From: Octopus vulgaris
Taxonomy: Eukaryota
Reading direction: 5' to 3'
DNA length: 64,000 nucleotides
Assembly: GCA_951406725.2 (NCBI GenBank)
Contig: OX597816.1
Span: 136,586,001-136,650,000, forward strand
Part shown: positions 37,874 to 51,490 of the stretch, piece after piece
Layout: each line of letters opens with the position of its first letter
How positions within the stretch are numbered: position 1 is the first letter of the stretch
Translations under genes and position numbers: made by a program
The notes under the pieces: model-generated
What the model saw: the letters and a program-made list of their open reading frames with translations, nothing else
Databases searched by the model: none
What the model was told of the DNA's origin: nothing

Positions 37874-38639
37874 GTGTGTGTGTATATATATATATATCAT
37901 CATCATCATACTTCCAATTTCCATGGGTTAGACAGTTTGACAGGAGCCGATAAATGGAGAGCTGTCCAGGCTCCAATTGTCTGTTTTGGCACAGTTTCTA
38001 TGGTTGGATGCCTTTCCTAATGCCAATTCCTTTACAGAGTGTACTGGATGTTTTTTAAGTGGTACCAGCACCAGTGATTTCTACATAGCACCAGTACACA
38101 TGGTCTTAACATGATGTGTGTGTGTGTGTGTGTATGTGCAGGTATGTTGATGCAAACAGGAAAAATAGAACTCGAAATATGAGTATATCATAAGAGGCAA
38201 CTAAAAATGTTGGCATCAGGAAGGGCATCTGGCCATAAAACACAGCATTAAAAAGGTCCTGTCCAACTCATGCCAACCTGTAAAAGTGGACATAAAAAAA
38301 AAGATGGCAATACAATATTAGAATCAACAAATTACTTAATAGTTTTACTGACTTATATTTCATCTTAGCATGCCATTGATTCTTTAGTGAATGGTGATGC
38401 CAGAATTCTTCAAATATTAACAATCCTTAAACATATATGCATGCATGCATGTGTTTACTCTTGTGTGTTATTTGTATCTTCTGCAATAGGTGTTCATAGT
38501 ACAATTGGATGCTCTACCAAAGCAGTTCTTCAAGGGAGCACTTTATTATGCTATGTTGACACAGAATGCTCTAAATTTTTCAGTAACAGCTATACACCTA
38601 ACTTGTACACATATGAAATACTCTATATGTATATGCATG

Positions 38640-38932
38640 AAGGTGTGTGGCTTAGTGGTTAGGGGTTTTTGCCTTATGAATATAAGGTCGTGTGTTCAAT
38701 TCCTGCTGATATGTGTCCTTAAGCACGACACTTTATTTCACATTGCTCCTGTCCACTCAGCTGGTAAAAATGAGTACTACCTATATTTCAAAAAGCCAGC
38801 CTTGTCACACTGTGTCACACTGAATCTCCCTGAGAACTATGTTATGGGTACACATGTCTGTGGAGTGCTCAGCCACTTGCATATTAATTTCCCAAGTAGG
38901 CAGTTCCATTGATTGGATCAACTGGAACCCTC
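38640..38932 (+). mobile_element. tRNA SINE related to the 35307 copy; antisense relatives at 39785-40090 and 42960-43140
   Basis: Shared 3' body gtgtcacactgaatctccctgagaacta.gtta.gggtacac.tgtctgtggagtgctcagccac. Confidence 0.75.
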
Positions 38933-40789
38933 AGAGTGCCGGTGCCATATGCGCATGTGCACATGTGTGTTTGTGTGTGCGTGTTGTGGACTGCTCTTTT
39001 GTAAATGACAGATAAGGAAGCTTCAGCACAGATTTGTTTATAGCGATCAATTGTTTGTGCTGTATCTTAAGTTCACTCCCTCCATCAGATCGACATTTCC
39101 CTGTACAGAGGTGCACTGTGTGGCGTATGTTAGGTATCAAAGTGATCGTACTACAACGTGAAATGAAGTATTTTCCTCAAGAACACAACAAACTGCCCAG
39201 TCTGGGAATTGAAACCACAATCTTAGAATCATGTGTTCAACACACACACGCATACCACATGCGATGTGTAGAAAGCATCATCAATTTTTAATATGTATAA
39301 ATAATGAAATGTATGTCTTTCCATTGTATCTCTTTGTGTGAATCTGCATGGTGTATAATTATTCTAACATCAACATTGGATGTATGAAATAATTTGTTGA
39401 ATTAGGAATGTTGGTTTACACCCATCAAATCTGACAGAGAGATTGATCAGAGACCGAAGGGGAGAACAGATAATTGAAATAACACCCTGAGATTTTTGCC
39501 TGCTTCCAAGCCAGATGTGTTATCAATTGATCTACCAGCCAATGAGGGCTGCTGTACACACTTGTTATTGCTGCTGCTGCTGTTGTTGTTGTTGTTTTGC
39601 CACAGTTCAGTGCTGATTGAGCAGACCTATGATCAAAGGCATTCCAGCCATAACCATCCCATCTTCCTGTGTACAGAGAAATCTGTACTATATTATCTAA
39701 TGTGGTATTTGTCTAAAATAGCAGGATGAGTAAGATTTCAGAGAAATTTGGCTGCTATTTCCAGCAGGTTGGCACTCCATCAGTTATGACAATGAAGGTT
39801 CTAGTTGATCCAATCAACAGAGCAGTCTGCTCAGGAAATTAATACACAAGTGGCTGAGCGCTCCACAAACACATGTACCCTTAATGTAGTTCTCAGGGAG
39901 ATTCCGCATGACACAGAATGTGATAAGGCTGGCCCTTTGAATTACAGGTACTACTCATTTTTACCAGCTGAGTGGACTGGAGCAACATGAAAGAAAGTGT
40001 CTTGCTTAAGGACACTACACGCTACCAAGAATCAAACTCAGGACCTTATGATTGTGAGTCGAATATCCTAGCCACAGAGCCACATGCCCTCACCCAGCAG
40101 GTCAAGCTACTGTATATTTAGCTTGTTTGTTGGCTAGTCTTCTGTGCAGTTGTTGCTTGAGTTGCTAAAAAGAGCACCCAACTTTTTCTCAAATTACACT
40201 CTTTCCATCAGAAAGCATGTATGGATAGATGTAGCTGTTGGACAGTGTAACTGATGGCCTAAAGAATAATAATAATAATATGGTCCAAGCTGTAATGATT
40301 TTGATTATAAGTCTACTACTGGATCATGCCTGATCTGGTTGCTAAGTAACAGCAACATGTTATTCTTGTATTCCACTTTTCCTTTCTCCTGTAATTGTTT
40401 TAGCTCAAATGTGCTATAGCATAAAGTCATAGTAGGTACTGGGATAGCCACCAGATGAAAAGAACAACTGTTTGTACCCTGTCACCAAGATATCAGTCTG
40501 CTTCACTTTAAGGTGTTACTACTTGATGTAAATAAGTAAACCCTTATAGATAACAGCACTGCTGTATTCCATTCTCCCACCTCACCCCCACTATGGATTT
40601 TTTTTTTTTTTTTTTTTTTTAACATTTCAATTCCAGCAATGCCCATAGTATTTATTGAACAGTGCTCTTGGATTTGAAACAAGAAGAAAAGCAGGATTCA
40701 TTGGCCTGGTGTATAAGACAATATAGTAGGTTGTTACTGACTGATATTGTCACCATTTATCTGACAATAATACATGGATTCATCTAGTG

Positions 40790-41160
40790 CAGTGATTCTG
40801 AACCAGAGTCCATATGATCCCTAGTGGGAGCAGTATAAGATTTGAGCGGAGGAGGGGTCTGTGGAAGCAAAATAGTAAGTTGGGGATTCACAGTAGTATA
40901 TTAAGGGTCCATAAATAAATTTTGCTCTAGATGTATTTATGACATGAAACAGCAAGATTTCTTTCTCTAAAGTCTTACATAGTTCAACTTACGCAAGTTA
41001 ATGTGTGAAAAACAAAATAGGAATTTTAAACGAAGTATCTCTAAAACCTAACCCTAACCCTAAAACTAATTTTTAAGCATCAAATGGCTATGGGATGGGG
41101 ACACCAGAGTAAGATAGTAATCAAAGGGGTCCATAGGTGAGAAATGATTGAGAACCACTG
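40790..41160 (+). mobile_element. hAT-type MITE
   Basis: CAGTGATTCTGAACC ... GATTGAGAACCACTG; TSD atctagtg / atctactg (7 of 8 match). Confidence 0.85.
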
Positions 41161-41466
41161 ATCTACTGCTATGTGTATTAGAAGGTAAAATGCTATCTAT
41201 AGTTACATTTAGATCTGTACATATTATGTGTACACATCATACAGAGCTGTACATAGTGTGATATGGTTGTACATGTATACTTCCTCTTTGGATTGTAGTA
41301 TGTTGAGTGATACATGTTTATACTATATACACTTATGTGTTGAGCTGTTCATATATGTTCACCTTATATGTAGTAGAGCATTGTGTCCTACCTCTGTGTT
41401 TATATTGTATATATAGTGATTGTTCAGTACTGTATGTTTGTTTATACTTTAGAATTGGTGTAACGA

Positions 41467-41790
41467 AGGCACATGGCTCAATGGTTAGCGTATTGGGTTC
41501 ACAATCATGGAGTAGTAAGATCAATTCTCTGGACTGGGCTGTTGTATTGTGTTCTTGAGCAAGACACTTTATTTCACATTGCTGCAGTTCACTCAGCTGT
41601 AGAAATGAGTTGTGACGTCACAGGTGCCAAGCTGTATCGGCCTTTGCTTTTCTTGTGGATAATATCAGCAGCATGGAGAGGAGAGGCTGGTATGCATGGG
41701 TGACTGCTGGTCTTCCATAAATGACTTTGCCTGAGGCTAACTTTCTAGGTGCAATCCCATGGTCATTCATGACCGAAGGGGCTCTTTACC
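41467..41790 (+). mobile_element. tRNA SINE with a distinct 3' body
   Basis: ggcacatggctcaatggttagcg head; cttgagcaagacactttatttcacattgct core shared with the 38640 copy. Confidence 0.65.
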
Positions 41791-41972
41791 TAGAGTTGGT
41801 GCTGTAAGCATTTTATCAGTTGCTTGATCCTACAGCTTAGCTGTCCCCACAAACTGAGAATATTGTTGAAATTATTGCTACCACACTAAAATGTTATTCA
41901 AGGTAGCTCCAACACAGAAGTGTTCATAACTACACCTGACAATATTGATAAAGACTGCTACTAACATTATTT

Positions 41973-42413
41973 ATCCATCCATCCATCTTCTCTACCTACT
42001 ATTCCTGGAAGGGTCACAGGTGGTAGAGTAGAGATGTTAGTCATCTCTTCCATAAAATACTATCAGAAGTAACTGCCATTAGATTTTCTAGCTGGATGCT
42101 CAAGCATGACCATGGATATTATCCAGCCATCTCATTGTTAGTCTACTCCTAGGTCTCCTGCCAGTCAACTCAGCTAGAAGAATCCTCTCTTACATTTGTT
42201 TTTTTTACCCTGTGAGGTTCTAATCACATGTCCCCAGCATCAAAGCTGTGACCTCTCAATGAATTGAAGTAGTGTCTCAACCTGAAGAAACTCTCTGATC
42301 TTTGAGCTACTTGTCCCTGTCAAGTAACATTACTCCAGAGATCCTTCAGAGCAAACCTCATTTCTGCCACTTGTATTTGTGACCATGCTCTTTTGGTCAT
42401 AACCCAATATTCA
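41973..42413 (-). mobile_element. Old RTE/Rex3(Expander)-like LINE 3' fragment with (GGAT)n tail
   Basis: Minus strand EYWVMTKRAWSQIQVAEMRF...SSKIREFLQVETLLQFIERSQL*CWGHVIR...GRRPRSRLTMRWLDNI. Confidence 0.75.
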
Positions 42414-43201
42414 TCATCAGCGCCACCATCTTTGTTTAATGTCTGTCTTCCATGAGTTGGCATGAGTTGAACAGTTCAACAAGAGCTGGCCAAGCAGAAG
42501 ACTACACCAGACTTCTGTGTCCATTTTGGCATGGTTTTTATGGCCGAATGCCCTTCCTAACACCGACCACTCCACAGAGTGGACTGAGTGCTTTTTACAT
42601 GACATGAGGACAGGCAAGGTCAGTTTTGGCGTGGTTTTTACAGACAGCTTTGACCAAAGCTACATTTGATAAGACATTATGGTTATATTTGGCAGTATTA
42701 ATCATAGTTATAGCTGACAGTATTGATCATAATTACAACAGTCTAGGTGCTCATAATAACTAACATTAGTGCTTATAGCTACATCTGACACAAGCTCTCA
42801 AAGATACATGTGAAACTAGCAGGTTGTTATAGTTACAACTAGCCATATTGATCATATTCTTATACAAGAGAAACTCTCAAAGCAACATCTTATGGTAAAG
42901 TAAAGTTACCTTCTTGAGTCGTACCAACTCATAGGGCTGATTTCATGGCATATATATTCCCTACTTGAATAGGACACTAGTCCATTGCAGGATTACTCAT
43001 TTTTGCCAGCTGATTGGATTGGAGAGTCATAAAATGAAGTGTTTTGCTCAAGAACACAACATGTTGCCTAATCCTGGAATTAAAACCACAATCTTATGAT
43101 CATGAGTTCAACACCCTAACCACTGAGTTGCATGTCCCCACTGGGAGGTATCGTAATTCTAGCTAAGAATATTGATCATAACTAAAACTGATTGTAATTA
43201 A

Positions 43202-43421
43202 CCCTTTCGTTACCGTATTTATTTTGAGATGCTCTGTGTTTCTTTCAGTTACTTTAAATATAACAAAGAATTTAGTAAAATAACTTAGTTATCATTCAGC
43301 TAGTGTTAGGAACATAAATTGTGACTAAGGTTTAGTGGAAGATTTTAATTCAAAACTTATGAAAACAAGACATGTGTACTCAAAGCCAGAGCCAGTTTCA
43401 GCGAGGTTGGTAACAAAAGGG
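43202..43421. mobile_element. piggyBac-type MITE
   Basis: TTAA|CCCTTTCGTTACC ... GGTAACAAAAGGG|TTAA; a relative lies at 47805-48017. Confidence 0.9.
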
Positions 43422-43835
43422 TTAATCATAGCTATCAGTGACAGGTGAGATCATTGTTAGATCTGACAAGTTGTAGATGCTATTGATAGGATTGATCCTA
43501 GCTGCATCTGGGGAAAGTGACTGGTTATATCAGACAGACAGTATTATAGGTGTAACTTGATTCCATTGATTTTTAGTTACAACTGACAGGAGTGTTCATA
43601 TCTCAGTTACATTTGACAGTGTTGATTATCATTGTATTTGATCATGGTTACTGCTGACAGAAGTTGATAAAGAAGTGAAAGAATGTTATAACATGATAAT
43701 ATTGGAAGTAGTGAATAAGTGTAGTTAAGAAAATTAGCCTCTTCAGTCTAGTAAGATAGTTTTGGGTAGAATTATATAAAGAACCTAAAATTAATTGACA
43801 GGTAATGGATCAGGTAAATATTTCGTTTTAGAGAA

Positions 43836-44236
43836 GGTGTCACGTAAAAGCACCCAGTTGGTGCCACATAAAAGCATCTATGCAGTGCTATGTAAAGGCA
43901 CTCATTTAGTGCCGTGTAAAAGTACCCATTTGGTGCCACATAAAAGCACCTGTTCAGTACCATGTAAAAGCACCCATGTGGCTCCACATAAAAGTGCCCA
44001 TTCAGTGCTACATAAAAGCGCCCTTGCAGCATCACAACAAAGCATCTGTGCAATGTCACAAAAGCATCCAGCACATTCTCTATAGTGGTTGGCATTAGGA
44101 AGGGCATCCAGCCACAGAAACCTTGCCAAATCAGATTGGCATCTGGTGCATCCCCCCAGCTTGCCAGCTCTGGTCACACCATCCAACCCATGCCTGCATG
44201 GACAACGGACAGTAGATGATGATGATGATGATGATG
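43836..44236 (+). mobile_element. RTE 3' end with an expanded ~24-bp tandem array (about 10 units)
   Basis: Units gtgccacgtaaaagcacccatttg, then the standard 3' end and (gat)n. Confidence 0.8.
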
Positions 44237-44243
44237 AAATTAA

Positions 44244-44815
44244 CCCCTTAGCATTTAAACCAACCATATCCAGCCCAAATATTCTACTTGTTTTATGTTC
44301 AATTCAACCAGATGTTATCTCTCACACCTGTCATTTTAAAAACAAACAATCGTATCATCAAAATGTCAAATCTATGAGATGATGCATGATTAACTGAAAA
44401 TAATGTGAGTCAATAAGCATTACAGCAATGCATTAGACTGAGTAATCTGAATGCTAAAGGGTTAAACTGGCCATATCAGGTCCAAATATTCTGCATGTTT
44501 TATGTTCAAACCAGCCGGATTTAACCCCTCACACCCACCATACTATGTCTTCTAAAACTATGCAATCACATTACTTAACTCTCAACACTACAAGATAATG
44601 CATACTTAACCCTTTAGCAGTCAGATTTCTTTATCGGATATAATGTTTAATTATTCACAATGTTTAGAATTAATCCTGTATTCAAAGGTTTCAATGATGT
44701 GACAATATATATTTGGAATGACATTGTAGGGTGAATGTGAGAGGCCAGTTCTAGCCAAATCAATTGGAATAAATAAGGAATACATTTAACAGAGTAATCT
44801 GAATGCTAAAGAGTT
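44244..44815. mobile_element. Cluster of three piggyBac-type MITE copies in both orientations
   Basis: TTAA|CCCCTTAGCATT...AATGCTAAAGGG|TTAA (44244-44461), then partial direct and inverted copies. Confidence 0.8.
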
Positions 44816-46079
44816 ATACTATCAGAACTGGTGAATTGATAGAAATGCTTTCTGAATCAACTAAGATGGAGATTTAATCATTGGATTGTAGTAGTGTATG
44901 GTCTTTTAACATTGTTTTATAGTTGTTGCTAGTATCGTTTAACCCTACCTCAGCCTTGACAAAGCAGGCCTCAGAGATCAAAGATATTAACAGCTCTTGA
45001 CTAACCTGCCTGTCATATTCAGACATAGTCAGTCAAGGACTACATTATCCAATGTGTCTTTGCTTGTTATTAAAACAGTAGGGCTGTCATGAGTGAACTC
45101 TGGCCCCACAGGACTCTCTGAATGGCATGCCTAATCAAAAATTGCCTGTTTTTTGTAGTGTGGCTTTACTTATGATGAGGCATGTCTCATGCAGCCCACT
45201 TTTCAAGAAAAGGTGCCCATGCTTCCAGTAGGGAGTGATTTGGGGTATATGTGGCTGCTAGCAGATCAAATTACCATACCTTCAAATAAGTATCATTTCT
45301 TTTATCTTGATTCTTACTCTATTTTGACAAAGGGCTCACCTGAAATGTTAGTCTACTGCTTTTCTTTTTTTTCCCCCCAGTTTACTATTTCTTGTGCACA
45401 ACTTTTGCGTTTACACTTTATCCATTATTTTTCAAGTGTTTGTCTACCTGTTGGAAACTCACGTTACCCATTTGTCTGTCTTTTATTCCTCTTATCCCAT
45501 TTATGTTGGGTTTTTTACATACTATACAGGGATTTTTATTTTTATTTTATCTATTTATAATGTAACCATTGGTGGTTACAGGTGATGTCTATATAAAAGA
45601 TGTACAAATTGTTTTTTAAAGTCCTGTTCTCATTGAGCTGCTGCTGTTGCAGTATTTTGCTAACATAGAGCACCAGTTGACGACATTGATAATGTTTCTT
45701 GCAGCCAGAACCAAATCATATTATGCTGAATTTTAAAGTGAATCTATTTTGGAACTCATTGTTATTCATATTGTATTCTGATTCCCACACTCCATCTAAC
45801 ATTTTGTATTATCAAACATGCAGGACTATTTTATAGTGTCCAGACATGTTAGAAGTATTTCATTAGCAACTGAAGTATTTTCTTAGCAACTGGAATATTT
45901 TCTTATAACCACAGGCATGTGAGAGTATCTTCTAATGTCTAAACATAATTGGGAGTATTTTTCTAAATGTGCTGGCATGTTAGAATGTGTTCTAATGAAC
46001 TTACATATTAGAGTGTATTATGATGCTCAGACAGAGTCTAGTTTTTAGTGACTAGCTATGCTGGATTTGTTTATACTGA

Positions 46080-46466
46080 CATCATCATCATCATTTAACA
46101 TCCATTTTCCATGCTGGCATGAGTAAGGCAGTTTGACTGGAGCTGGTAAACTAGAGAGCTGCACCAGGCTCCAGTCTGTTTTAGCTTGGTTTCTACAACT
46201 GGATGCCCTTCCTAATACCAACTACTCTACAAAGTGTACTGGATGCCTTTTACGTGTCACCAGCTTGGGTGCCTTTTATGTGTCACCAACACAGGTGCCT
46301 TTTATGTGTAACCAGCACCAGCTACAACCACCATTTCAATTAGCATGACATATCTTCTCAAGCACAGCAAATTGTCAGAAGTCTCAATCACTTGTCATCA
46401 CCTTCATGAGACTCAACATCCAGAGATCATATTTTTCCACCTCATCCCATGTCTTCCTCAGTCTTA
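46080..46466 (-). mobile_element. RTE LINE 3' end including the ORF terminus
   Basis: Minus strand RLRKTWDEVEKYDLWMLSLMKVMTSD*DF*QFAVLEKI, then the UTR and (gat)n. Confidence 0.8.
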
Positions 46467-47005
46467 CAAGTTTATTAATAGTGTACTGTGCAAGGTACTG
46501 TAAAATAGGGCTGCTCAGTAAACAAGTCTGGTGGCCCACAGGAATTTGAAGTTCCTACTTGTAAATTTGTACAGATCATAAGAGGTTCCACTCCATCAGT
46601 GTCTGGAGCATTAATATTGTACCTGCATTACCTTCAGGTCTGTGGATTGGCAGAACAGTTATATACCTTGTGGTAGTTATTCTTATTGCTCTTTATGTTC
46701 TAAGTTCAAATCATGTTGAGATCAACTTCATCTTTCATTCTTTCAGAGTTGATAAAAATAATACTGGGTTTGAGTTAATTCGTTACTCTTTCCTCCAAAA
46801 TTCTGGCTTTGTGCCAATGGTAGAAATCAGTATTATGTTAAGAGTACTGGATTAATAGAATCAGTTGGTAGAGTGTAAGGCTTACAGCATTTAGTTATGA
46901 TTTTTAAATTGAGTTCAAACCTTGCCACGATTGACTTTGCCTTTCATCTTTCTAGGGTTGATGAAATAAGTACCAGTTAATTACTTTTATTGATATAATT
47001 GCTTA

Positions 47006-47178
<173 letters not shown>

Positions 47179-47226
47179 GTGTTATCTTGTGTCTGCATTA
47201 GAAATCAATAAATCAATATTGATATT

Positions 47227-47423
47227 CTTTTCACACAAGGCCTGAAATTTTTGGTGGGGGGGCGCAAGTTGATTAGATCAACTTCAGTATGCAACTGGTA
47301 CTTAATTTTTTGACCCCAAAAGGATGAAAGGCAAAGTCGACCTCAGCAGAATTTGAACTCAGAACATAAAGACAGACAAAATACTGCTAAGCATTCCGCC
47401 CTGTACACTAATATTTCTGCCAG
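47227..47423 (-). mobile_element. Nin/Deu-domain SINE with a 17-bp TSD
   Basis: AAATCAATATTGATATT on both sides (47210-47226 and 47424-47440); + strand relatives at 46640-46977. Confidence 0.85.
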
Positions 47424-47509
47424 AAATCAATATTGATATTACTTGTCCTAAAGAGGATTGTTTTGTATGTGTTTGTTGTTTTTTTAGTCCTGTTTTTGTT
47501 TTCTTTTAG

Positions 47510-47737
47510 AGTTTAGCATTGAGCACAGCAACCCTAATGTTTATGTTAATGCGTGACCGACTCAGCTACGATGTTGGCCAGGACACACTTAGTCTTATTG
47601 TGCAGTTACTGGAAATGGAGAGTGACAGTGATTTAGAAAACACTGAATATGTCCGGATGAAAGATAAAGTGATGGAATTGTACAAAGAATGTCATAAAAT
47701 AGGAATGGCCAAACAAATTGATCTCGAGTCTATATCA
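47510..47737 (+). CDS. WAPL: WAPL internal coding exon (phase 0 to 0)
   Basis: ttttag| acceptor and |gtaagt donor; 228 nt; SLALSTATLMFMLMRDRLSYDVGQDTLSLIVQLLEMESDSDLENTEYVRMKDKVMELYKECHKIGMAKQIDLESIS resembles the WAPL segment [36 protein letters not shown]...LDLENIT. Confidence 0.94.
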
Positions 47738-48349
47738 GTAAGTATTTCCACTTCCATATTCTTTTCTTTTATCTTTTGTTTCTCAAGGTAATACTTACTC
47801 TGTTTAGCCCTTCTGTCAACATATGCTGCCTTTGTTTCATTTAATTTTTAAAATAATGAAGAATTTAGTGAAATAACTTTTTCATTCGTAAGCTGTGGTC
47901 TGGAACAAATTAACATAAAATTTTGGTGGAAGATTATAATTTAGACCATGTTAAAACTGTAACTTTATGTCATAGAACTTCTAGTGGTCTCAGGCAAGTT
48001 GGTATCAAAAGGGTTAATTCTTTTACTGCAGAAATCAGATATGACCACTGAAAATTTCATTACCCTTAACTGCAGAAAGAAGTTTATATACCAATCTTTT
48101 TTGAGGAATATCACGTCTGAAAACACTCTCTTTCTCGAGAGAGGTAGTGAGAGTGTAACTTGCAAAAAAATTTTTGATTCTATTTTTTCATAGATATTCA
48201 ACATCATTACTGAAGTAACCATGAAATTTAATTTCACAGTTAAGGGGTTAAGTAAGTGAAGTTTGAGCATTGATAAGAACATTATGAAGGGTTAACTAAT
48301 TGAAGGTGTAGGATTTTCTTTCCACCTCTTCCAGATGTATATGTCTTTT

Positions 48350-48500
48350 GCCTTTTAAAGTTTGGTACTTATTCTATTGGTTTATTTTGTCAAACCACTA
48401 AGCCATGGAAATGTTAACGAACCATAAACAGACTAACTCCAGTTGTCAAACAGACACAAAGACACACATAGACATATTTACATACATGCATGTGTGTGTG

Positions 48501-48549
<49 letters not shown>

Positions 48550-48572
48550 GTATGTGTATATAAATATATATC

Positions 48573-48609
<37 letters not shown>

Positions 48610-48850
48610 GTATGTATATATATATGTATGTATGTTTGTATGTATATATATATATATGTATGTATGTATATATATATATATATTATACGGCAGTCTTCCA
48701 CATTTTCTGTCAACCAAATTCACTCACAAGGCATTGGTCAGCCTGGGATTATAGCAGATGATAATTACCCGAGGTGCCATGCAGTGAGATTGAACCTGAA
48801 ATCACATGGTTGCAAAGCAAGTTTCTTAACCACATACCCGTACCCATGGT
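48350..48850 (-). mobile_element. CORE-like tRNA SINE with expanded internal (TA/TG/CA)n
   Basis: Family motifs flank the microsatellite. Confidence 0.7.
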
Positions 48851-49719
48851 TACTGAATTTGTTAAAAATTTCTATATTGCCAGTGTTCAGTTATATAGTA
48901 TGACAGGATCGCTGTATCAGTTCATCATTTAATGTCAATATCCTCTTATGTGAGAGGTGAAAGGCTAATTGCTACTGTGATATAATGAATATGATTCACC
49001 ATCATCGACTAATGGGATTATATTAGTAGATGACAGTGCTCTCAACCCCCACTCCACCCACGACAGTTAATTGCTGAGTCATTGTATTAATGCACGCACT
49101 GATCTATTAGTACTCACTAATTTCGAACCAACTTTGTAAGTCTCTACGCGGCTGCTTGACCTATTAGAAATAGAAGTTATTCATTGAAATCACTTACTAT
49201 CATCTTTAAAAGACATAAAAAGAAAAAAAAAACATAGGAGAGGGTGGTCATGGATGGACCAATTTTGATCATAAGCTTGCTCTGTTAGAGTTAAATTGCT
49301 GCTGAACAACAACTTTCAGGTTGTAAAATGCATCTTCAGTTCATGTCGAGTTTTGTAATTTTGCGTATTTCATAAGCACCAGTATAGGAACAAGGATCAA
49401 ATAGCTGAAAGCTACGAATTTCTTTTTCGCCATAGCAGAAGCACAACCAATGGCAGAATGTATAAGAAGGGGTAACAACATCAACTGTGATCCTGTAGCA
49501 GTGGAATCAATTGTGCCTCCATTTATTTTAATTGCAATATATATTTTTTTTTTTAAATGGACGAGTCTACATAAAACTTATAAACGCCATGTGATTGATT
49601 GGCTGCTTTTAATTATTTAACAAATATACAGCATTTATTATATTAATTAGGAGTTCAATACACGGCAGTTCATTCTTACAGATTATTTTTAGTTAAGTTT
49701 AATTGGTGTTTTTTTTTTA

Positions 49720-50512
49720 GCTTTTGTGTTGTACTTGTTTCTGTCATTGAATTGTGGCCATGCTGGGACCCCTTTTTTTTTTTTTCTTCCTATTTCATAT
49801 CTGGTACTTATTTTGTCAATATCTTTTGCTGAACTGCTAAGTTACAAATCAACACCAGTTGTCAAATAGTGAGAATTTGGGTGATAAATACACACATATA
49901 TATGACAGGCTTCTTTTAGTTTCTGTCTACCAAATTCACCCACAAGACATTGTTCAGCCTAGGGCTATAGTAGAAGTAGAAAACACTTGCCCAAGATATT
50001 GTGCAGTGGGACTGAACCCATGACAATATGGTTGCAAAGTGAGAGTCTTAACCACACAGCCAAGCTTGCACTTATTTATCTCTTATCTCTTGCTTGTTTC
50101 AGTCATTGAGCTATGGCTAAGCTGGAGCACTGCCTTGAAGTGTTTAGTCAAACAAATTGACCTTAGTTGTTATTTTTTAAGCCTGGTACTAATTCTTTAA
50201 TAAACAAACCAACACCAGTTGTCAAGTCATGGTAGGAGACAACACAGACACCCACACACAGATATATATGTGTGACAGGGTTTTTTTCAGTTTCTATCTA
50301 TCTATGTTGAAAAAATTATCAATTGTTGAAGAAATTGTATAAATAGGTGTGGCTATAGGCTCAGGCATGGCAATGTGGTATGAAGCTTGCTTCTTAACCA
50401 CATGATTCTGGGTTCAATCCCAGTGTGACACCTTGGAAAAGTGTCTTCTACTATAACCCCAGGCCAACCAAGCTTTGTGAGTGGATTTGGTGGAAGGAAA
50501 CTGAAAGAAGCC

Positions 50513-50573
<61 letters not shown>

Positions 50574-50825
50574 TATTTAGCAAAAGTAACAGAGTGACTC
50601 AAGGTCCAAGAGTTTCATGTGCTGACACTTACCAAACCCCTGTGTGTGTGTGTGTGTTTGTCCCCATAACTTAGCAGTTCAGTAAAAGAGGCCAATAGAA
50701 TAAGTATCAATCTTTAAAAAAAGAGCACTGGGGTCAATTCCTTCGACTAAAAATTCTTTGAGGTGATGCCCCAGCATGGCCACAGTCTAATGACTGAAAC
50801 AAGTAAGAGAAAGGATAAAAGAAAA
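49720..50825. mobile_element. Cluster of CORE-like tRNA SINEs: two minus-strand (49720-50070, 50080-50300) and one plus-strand (50355-50825)
   Basis: Family head, core and tail (gactgaaacaagtaa) motifs in opposite orientations. Confidence 0.8.
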
Positions 50826-51375
50826 GATCAGTTACTGTGTAGGTACAATAGGTTTGATCTTAATCTTCAGGGATACCAGAGGACCCATCTATAGATAGTT
50901 ACATATCAACCCCATGTGGTAGTAGATTGAAAGTGGTACCACTGCAAATTTGAACACCATGCATGTTCTTGTTGTCATTGTTTAGCTCAACATCTACTCT
51001 GATCAAGTAGACATTCCAGCTATGACTATCTCATCTATTTGGGAGTTTGCAGGACTACATTATCTATCTATTAAGACTTTTTTTTTTTTTTGAAAAGACA
51101 ATGAGGGTGTAGTCTTAAGCGGAATGTGGCTACTGTTTCTAACATGTCAAGTTAGAGATTATCTCCTTGGCTCATGATATCTTCGCCTGGGCATTTATCT
51201 GCTTGCTTATTATACAGTATTTGTTCAATCATTATCCAATATTATTTCTCTACCATATCTTGGTTATAATTAAAAATTTCTTTTCTGTGTCCCCTAATGT
51301 CACTAAGTGGACTAGTCTGTCCTACCATGACTATACAGAGATTCATTTTGATAATGGAATCACCTTTACTTTCAG

Positions 51376-51490
51376 ACGGGTAATTTGGCAATGGAATCAT
51401 TGTTGACTATAGCTGCATCTCGTAATGCATCAGATGTCTTCAAGAATGAGCTACGATCCCTTGGAGCTCTCGACCATATTGTTAATGCTG
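51376..51490 (+). CDS. WAPL: WAPL internal coding exon (phase 0 to 1)
   Basis: ttcag| acceptor and |gtaagt donor; 115 nt; [38 protein letters not shown] resembles [37 protein letters not shown]. This frame is not in the ORF track. Confidence 0.94.

Noticed and set aside
41045-41064. Interstitial telomere (CCCTAA)n; similar units at 12232-12251
   Set aside because: Only 2-3 units, located inside MITEs.
43836-44070. CRISPR-like repeat-spacer array
   Set aside because: Eukaryotic context, linkers only 6-8 nt and related to each other, no cas genes; it is part of an RTE 3' UTR.
49440-49470. CCAAT plus TATAA promoter
   Set aside because: Spacing is too short, there is no downstream gene, and both motifs are expected by chance in AT-rich DNA.
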